Positions 58,966 through 64,000 of a stretch of 64,000 bases of DNA are shown here, in pieces. The notes beneath the pieces are model-generated. The model made no database searches. It was not told where the DNA came from and was given only the letters and a program-made list of their open reading frames with translations. Made by a program: the position numbers and the translations under genes. The stretch comes from Gemmatimonadota bacterium. Lineage in GTDB: Bacteria; Gemmatimonadota; Gemmatimonadetes; Palauibacterales; Palauibacteraceae. The stretch lies in contig JAGWBR010000003.1 in the NCBI GenBank assembly GCA_021295785.1, positions 65,236-129,235 on the forward strand, in the 5' to 3' direction. Each line of letters opens with the position of its first letter. Position 1 is the stretch's first letter.

Positions 58966-61299
58966 TCACATCCTTACGATGAGATTACCGCCGGCAGGGT
59001 CGCCAGGCAACGCGCCGGCCGGCACGGGGCCCGACCCGTCGTCCGCCGGTGGCGATGCCCTGCCGATGACGGCGGCACCCCGGTCACCGGCTTCGCGGAG
59101 CCTGGCGACGACGGCCGAGGCCTGCCCGGGGGCCACTCCGAACAGAAGACCGCCCGATGTCTGGGGGTCAAACAGGAGTTCGGAGCGCACCGCGCGGAGT
59201 GGATCGCCTGCCCCGCCGCCCTGCTCCCCGGTTTCCGGGTCCACATTCCGGACAAAACGGATCTTGGCACGGAGGCGGGCGTTGTCAGGATGGAACGTGC
59301 TCCGGACTCCGGTCGCCAACAAAGGAAGCGCACCCGGCAAGGCGGGGAGAGACGCCAACCCAACCGTAACAGTGACGCCCGACGCCTCGGCCAGGGTCAT
59401 CAAGTGGCCAGCCAAGCCGAACCCGGTCACGTCGGTGGCTCCCGTCGCGCCCGCATCCCGTGCAACCCGCGCCGCGTTCCGGTTGGTGCGCACCATGGAC
59501 TCAAGCGCCGCCTGGAGCCACGCCCCGCGCGCCAGACCCAGCATGTCGCCGCGCAACACGACCCCGGTCCCCAGCGGTTTGGTGAGGATGATCTCCTGCC
59601 CGGGCAGGATTCCGCTGACGAGCAACGGCTCCTCCGCGCCCAAGAAACCCTCCACGTGGAATCCGACCGAGGTTTGCGATCCGACCACGGTGTGGCCGCC
59701 CACCAGAACGGTCCCGGTGGACGAGAGGACCTCCCGCGCCCCGCTCATTATTTGGTGCAACATCTCTTGCCGGTCGTCCGGTGTCGCCTGTTCGGGCACT
59801 GACACGACCGCCTGGGCAACTCCTGGCCGAACTCCCTTGGCCAGCACGTCCGAAACGGCGTTGGCCGCGGCAACACGCCCGAGCGTGTACGGGTCGTCCG
59901 TGAACTGGCGCACAATATCAACGCTGGCCACGACCGCCTCGCCGCCGGGAGTGCGGTAGGCGGCGGCGTCTTCCAACGGGCTCAGGCAAGGCACTATCGA
60001 GCCGGCCGCCCCCTTGGGGGAACCGAGCCGGTCGAGCACTGATTCCAGCTCGGCACGACCGAGTTTCGCCGCGCATCCACCGCAGGTCTCGTTCATGGAA
60101 GCCAGCATCGCAGCGGGACGCCGGAACTGCCGAGCCACCGCGCCGTCGGGGCCCAACACTTGGAAGCGCTTCATGAAGCGGCGGTCGATAAGGGCCTTCA
60201 GGCGCCAGGCCAGCGCACCCCCAAACACCAGTGACCCCTTTGCGCCGACCGCGCTGCCGTCACCCAGGTTGAGGAGGGTGAGGAACCGCCGCTGCGGCCG
60301 GTAGCGGGCGAACCTGCCGGACGGGCCGCCCGATCCGCCACGCAGCAAGGTCCCGGCGGCGCGGCGCAGGTTCTTGGCGAGCACTGGTCCCTGACGCACC
60401 GCGTACACACCGGCCTTGGGCACCCACGGGGCGACCTCCAACGCGGCGCAGTCCCCCACCGCGAACACCCTCGGATGCCCTCTGGCCTGGAGGGTCGGCC
60501 CCACCAAGACAAATCCGGCCGAATCCACCGCGAGTTCGCCCGGATCGAACCCGGCGGGCGGCGCGGCACCGGTGGTCCACAGCACGACCCTGGCTCGCTC
60601 AAACGCGGGAGTCGGCTCAGACGACGACCGGGACCACTCCAAACTCACGCCGTCGCGAGAGACCGCGCGAACCCGGCAGGACGTCAGAACCCTGATCCCC
60701 CGCCGCCGGGCTTCGGCCCGAATCCGGCGGGCGACCTGCTCCGGGTATCCCGGGAGAATGCGGTCCGAGGCCTCGATGAGAGTCGCCCGGCCCGAGCGAG
60801 CCGCAACCGCGAAGGCCAGTTCCACCCCCCCCGCCCCCGCACCGACCACTACCGCACTGGCGGGCTCAGACGGGTCAAGCGCACTCAGCCTCGCCGCCAG
60901 AGCGTCCCCAAACCGACCGAGCGGCCGCGTGGGAACCACATGCTCGGCAGCGCCCGGAACATCCATACCGCGGACGGAGGACCCGATATCGAAAGACACC
61001 AAGTCATATCGCAGTGCGGGTCGATCGGCCAGCAAGATCCGGCGACCGGCCAGGTCAACGCCCCGTGCCGCGGACAAAACCACGCGTGCCCCCGCCATCC
61101 GGGCCAGGGGCACGATGTCGATTTCCAATTGTTCGGCGGAGTACTGCCCGGCCACCAACCCGGGCACCATGCCCGAATAGACGGCGACCGGCACATCCAC
61201 TACCACGGTCACCCGCACCGCCGCCGGCAGCGACCGCATGACAATGCTTTTCAACACCTGCACGTGGGCGTGACCACCACCCACCAGCACCAGGTCCAC
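58966..61299 (-). CDS. selD: Fusion protein: FAD-dependent pyridine nucleotide-disulfide oxidoreductase (NADH-dehydrogenase-like) :: selenide, water dikinase (selenophosphate synthetase)
   Basis: GTG start. VDLVLVGGGHAHVQVL...AVVVGAGAGGVELA...VFAVGDCAA are the two Rossmann FAD/NAD motifs. From about aa 440: MNETCGGCAAKLG (SelD N-terminal Cys loop, Cys not Sec), then the AIR-synthase-like fold (VVASVDIV...DPYTLGRVAAANAVSDVLAKG; TDVTGFGLAGHL). Confidence 0.85.
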   Translation of the reverse strand: MDLVLVGGGHAHVQVLKSIVMRSLPAAVRVTVVVDVPVAVYSGMVPGLVAGQYSAEQLEIDIVPLARMAGARVVLSAARGVDLAGRRILLADRPALRYDLVSFDIGSSVRGMDVPGAAEHVVPTRPLGRFGDALAARLSALDPSEPASAVVVGAGAGGVELAFAVAARSGRATLIEASDRILPGYPEQVARRIRAEARRRGIRVLTSCRVRAVSRDGVSLEWSRSSSEPTPAFERARVVLWTTGAAPPAGFDPGELAVDSAGFVLVGPTLQARGHPRVFAVGDCAALEVAPWVPKAGVYAVRQGPVLAKNLRRAAGTLLRGGSGGPSGRFARYRPQRRFLTLLNLGDGSAVGAKGSLVFGGALAWRLKALIDRRFMKRFQVLGPDGAVARQFRRPAAMLASMNETCGGCAAKLGRAELESVLDRLGSPKGAAGSIVPCLSPLEDAAAYRTPGGEAVVASVDIVRQFTDDPYTLGRVAAANAVSDVLAKGVRPGVAQAVVSVPEQATPDDRQEMLHQIMSGAREVLSSTGTVLVGGHTVVGSQTSVGFHVEGFLGAEEPLLVSGILPGQEIILTKPLGTGVVLRGDMLGLARGAWLQAALESMVRTNRNAARVARDAGATGATDVTGFGLAGHLMTLAEASGVTVTVGLASLPALPGALPLLATGVRSTFHPDNARLRAKIRFVRNVDPETGEQGGGAGDPLRAVRSELLFDPQTSGGLLFGVAPGQASAVVARLREAGDRGAAVIGRASPPADDGSGPVPAGALPGDPAGGNLIVRM

Positions 61300-61339
61300 G
61301 GCTACGGAACCTGGACGGTGGCCGGGGCCCCGCGTCCGG

Positions 61340-63736
61340 TCAGAACGTCAACTGGTAGGCCAGGCGGATGTCGCGGCCCCGCATCGGTGCAATGTCCTTG
61401 ATGTACGAAGTGTGCATGCGTCCTTCCGCGTTGGTCAGATTCCGTCCGGACAGGACGATCCCGTGCGACATTCTGCCCGAAATGATCGTGTACATGGCCC
61501 GCACGTCGAACATGGTGAAACCGTCGGTCTCGGTCTCGAAATCCGCGAGGCGGTCCTGTGCCGCCGTGGTCCGCATTCCGAACCGGCCGGCCAGGGCGCC
61601 CGACTCAAATGCGAGCCCCGCTCCAAACCGGGTCGGGGTGATGCGGGGCAAGGGATCACCCGTATCCGAGTTCTCCGCTCGCACCATATCCATGGACGCG
61701 TCCAGCGTCACCCGTGCGCCGGGGTGGTTGTGGTAGATGTCATATTCGGCCTGGGCCTCCACTCCGGTGAAACTGGCACCGGCCTGGGACCACAGCACGA
61801 CGGGCAAATGGTCTTCTTCTTCGCCGGTGTACGCCTGATGAATGAAACCGTCAAACGACGTGGTGAAGAAGTTGACCCTGCCGCGGAGCCCCTCGGTAGT
61901 CAGGCGCAGAGACGCATCGAAAGTAAGGCCAATCTCCGGCTCAAGAGTGGCGTCGCCGGTCTCAAACACCAGCGACGCAAGGTGGGGTCCGTCGGCGTAA
62001 AGTTCCTCGGCAGTGGGAAGTTTGGCCGAACGGCTGGCGTTCACCAGGAAGGAAAAATTGTCGGTCAAGGGCAACCGACCGCCCACCGAAGCCGAAAACC
62101 CGCTGTGCACCCGTTCGGTTCCCGGTGCCTTGTTGATCCGTTGTTCGAACCTGGCACCCACTTCCATGCGAAACTGGTCGGTTACCGGGAGGGTCTCAAA
62201 CACAAACGCTCCCCAACCCTGCGTGACGTACGGTGGCACGAAGGCCTCATTGCCCACCGGCTCAAAATCCTTGTCGCCGGCCTGGAACCCGATTGAGCCA
62301 CTCGAACCACTGCCCCAGAACGAATGTTGGAGCTCGACGCGGCCTTCGATTTCGTTGTTGTAGAACTCGGTTTCGATTTCGCGCTCGTCGCCTTCGTCGA
62401 TGACCTCGAAGTGCTGATAGTCCGCGTACCCGACCCGGGCGCTCACAACCTCGTTATCACCCAGCTGCCATTCGGCCTCCATGTCCACGCGCCGCTGCTG
62501 GAGGTCAACCGACACCCCTGCTTCTTCTTCGTCGCCGTGATCGTCTTCGTCTTCCTCTTCCATCCCCTCTTCTTCGCCTTCCTCGTGGGCGTGGCCGGGC
62601 ACACCGTAGTCGCTGTCATAAGCAGACCAGGAGACGCCGATGAAGCCGCGGTCAACCACGTATGACGCGCCCAGTGCCATCCGGCTCGTCTCTACCCCCG
62701 AATTGTGGAGGGTGCCTTCGTCTTCCTCCTCCATCCCCTCTTCTTCGCCCTGTTCATCGTGGTGGGCTTCGGCTTCCCCGGGAATGGCGTATTCACCCGC
62801 GTTGCGCACGAGTCCGCTCGCATGAAAAGCCAGGTTGCCGCTGCCGGCGTCCAACCGGCCGGCGAAGTTTGTCTGGTCGTCCACCGTGCCGGCACGAGCG
62901 CTGAAGAAACCGTTCACCCCGTGCGTCGGGACGCCCCTCGGAATTCGACCGTCCTCAACGTTCACGACGCCCCCGATCGCCGACGAGCCGTACCGAAGCG
63001 TGGCCGGTCCCCGGAGAATTTCGACCTGGTCCGCCAGACCCGCCTCAACGCTGGGCGCGTGGTCGGGGCTTGAAGCCGAAGCGTCTCCAGTGCCCACTCC
63101 CGACTCGAGAATACGCACACGGTCACCACCAAGGCCCCGGATAATCGGGCGCGAGCTGCCTCCGTAGGCAGTGGAAGACACTCCGAGTCGATCGCCAAGG
63201 GCATCGCCAAGCCCGCCCTGGCCCGCACTCCTCAGGTCGTCGCCCTCAACCGCGTCGGCTGCCATGAGAAAGTCAGAAGCGACGCCCCCCGCCACCTCCA
63301 GGACCAGCGGTGCCTCATGGTAGACCCGCGAGACGGTCACCATGACCTCCGTGGTCTCTCCCCCGGCAACCGTGGCGGTTTCAAACCCCCTTCCCCACTG
63401 GTGGGAATTCGCCAGAATCGTGTACGTGCCACCAAGCAGGCCCTCAAACCGGGCTGCGTCGCCCGCCTCTGCGTGACGGGTGACGGGTCTCCGCTGACCG
63501 CCGTGCCCGTCGCCGAGCTGCAGTGCGACCGATACGTCGGCGGCGACAGATTCGCCATCCGCATTGACAACACTAACAACAAGAACGCCCTCCCCGCGGG
63601 TCTCCTGCGCAAACAAACCGACCGGAAGGGCAGCGCCCGCAATGGCCGCGGCAACCGCAATCGCCGCGGCGACAATCAACCGATCCAGAGACCCCTCGGT
63701 ATGAACTCTTGCTATTGTCTTGAACCTCATCATCAC
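61340..63736 (-). CDS. TonB-dependent outer-membrane receptor with duplicated His/Glu-rich insert
   Basis: Signal peptide AAAIAVAAAIAGAALPVGLFAQE. Carboxypeptidase-regulatory-like N-terminal domain, plug and 22-strand-barrel periodicity. C-terminal ...RGRDIRLAYQLTF (TonB_dep_Rec terminal motif). Internal acidic repeats HHDEQGEEEGMEEEDEG and HAHEEGEEEGMEEEDEDDHGDEEE. Confidence 0.85.
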   Translation of the reverse strand: MMMRFKTIARVHTEGSLDRLIVAAAIAVAAAIAGAALPVGLFAQETRGEGVLVVSVVNADGESVAADVSVALQLGDGHGGQRRPVTRHAEAGDAARFEGLLGGTYTILANSHQWGRGFETATVAGGETTEVMVTVSRVYHEAPLVLEVAGGVASDFLMAADAVEGDDLRSAGQGGLGDALGDRLGVSSTAYGGSSRPIIRGLGGDRVRILESGVGTGDASASSPDHAPSVEAGLADQVEILRGPATLRYGSSAIGGVVNVEDGRIPRGVPTHGVNGFFSARAGTVDDQTNFAGRLDAGSGNLAFHASGLVRNAGEYAIPGEAEAHHDEQGEEEGMEEEDEGTLHNSGVETSRMALGASYVVDRGFIGVSWSAYDSDYGVPGHAHEEGEEEGMEEEDEDDHGDEEEAGVSVDLQQRRVDMEAEWQLGDNEVVSARVGYADYQHFEVIDEGDEREIETEFYNNEIEGRVELQHSFWGSGSSGSIGFQAGDKDFEPVGNEAFVPPYVTQGWGAFVFETLPVTDQFRMEVGARFEQRINKAPGTERVHSGFSASVGGRLPLTDNFSFLVNASRSAKLPTAEELYADGPHLASLVFETGDATLEPEIGLTFDASLRLTTEGLRGRVNFFTTSFDGFIHQAYTGEEEDHLPVVLWSQAGASFTGVEAQAEYDIYHNHPGARVTLDASMDMVRAENSDTGDPLPRITPTRFGAGLAFESGALAGRFGMRTTAAQDRLADFETETDGFTMFDVRAMYTIISGRMSHGIVLSGRNLTNAEGRMHTSYIKDIAPMRGRDIRLAYQLTF
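62520..62790 (-). repeat. Intragenic tandem duplication (period about 180 bp) encoding His/Glu-rich acidic loop segments of the TonB-dependent receptor
   Basis: Plus-strand strings ...tcttcctcttccatcccctcttcttcgcc... (about 62545-62580) and ...tcttcctcctccatcccctcttcttcgcc... (about 62725-62760) are near-identical. Each encodes EEGEEEGMEEEDE. Confidence 0.6.
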
Positions 63737-64000
63737 GTCATCCTCCCAGGCTAATAGCCTATATTCCCAACTGCTTCCCCTTTGGGGGCTCCAAGAAACA
63801 AATCACACCTTTCCATCGTTGCGGCCGGCCCGCTCACCAAGCGATTCCGTAGTCATCGCCGTGATGGCTTGATCCGCCCCAAAACGCACCGTTGGCCCAG
63901 TCAAGGAAGATCGCGTTGATCGGCCCGGACGTGCGCGCCGAAAACGTCAGGTCATACCCCATGTCGGACAGGCGGCTCCTGACCCACGGGGACGTGGCTT

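Noticed and set aside
58966-61299. Selenocysteine-containing SelD (in-frame TGA) with SECIS element
   Set aside because: The frame is uninterrupted. The N-terminal active-site loop encodes Cys (tgc), so this is a Cys-type SelD. No SECIS search is warranted here.

Overview
This 64 kb window is a high-GC (roughly 65-70% by eye) chromosomal segment of a diderm bacterium with ordinary housekeeping and accessory genes. The diderm assignment rests on lipid A/LPS genes (LpxL-family acyltransferase, MsbA-like exporter, two LptF/LptG-family permeases), TonB-dependent and beta-barrel outer-membrane proteins, lipoprotein lipoboxes and a PorX-like REC-PglZ response regulator. An FCB-group or Gemmatimonadota-like origin is an inference from this gene content only. 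I support about 50 protein-coding genes. I found no rRNA, tRNA, CRISPR array, transposase or integrase by eye. Gene blocks from left to right: (1) recF, a DUF721 (DciA-like) gene and gyrB on the minus strand with 1-4 nt overlaps. (2) A beta-oxidation-like block: 3-hydroxyacyl-CoA dehydrogenase, thiolase and an isopropylmalate/tartrate-dehydrogenase-family gene coupled to a CorC/HlyC transporter. (3) An LPS block: a degenerate GT2-like/DUF3108 protein, lpxL-like, msbA-like, a REC-PglZ regulator, and divergent lptF/lptG plus a Cho-like GIY-YIG nuclease. (4) A DUF547-DedA fusion, a DmpA/S58 peptidase and an outer-membrane barrel. (5) A periplasmic sugar-oxidation module: GMC oxidoreductase, small Tat subunit, Tat-Gfo/Idh/MocA dehydrogenase, Na+/solute symporter and galactokinase. 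(6) A periplasmic redox module: thioredoxin-like lipoprotein, di-haem cytochrome c peroxidase and cupredoxin. (7) Two tandem paralogous Ig-like repeat lipoproteins, an LVIVD-repeat protein, an outer-membrane barrel, DUF305 and an amidohydrolase. (8) The most unusual locus, at 45.7-54.1 kb: a cytochrome P450 fused in one reading frame to a PAPS-type sulfotransferase, a second stand-alone paralogous sulfotransferase, a translationally coupled MpaB/DUF2236-family oxygenase, a small DUF1499-like ORF, and cysD plus a fused cysN-cysC encoding a complete PAPS-synthesis pathway. Together these look like a previously undescribed gene cluster for a hydroxylated and sulfated metabolite, probably a lipid or isoprenoid. 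(9) A BNR/Ycf48-like protein, long-chain acyl-CoA ligase, folE, an FAD-oxidoreductase::SelD (selenophosphate synthetase) fusion with an intrinsic terminator, and a TonB-dependent receptor with a tandemly duplicated His/Glu-rich insert. Many start codons are GTG or TTG, and many same-strand neighbours overlap as ATGA/GTGA/TTGA. Long antisense ORFs in the six-frame track are mostly GC artefacts and are not called.
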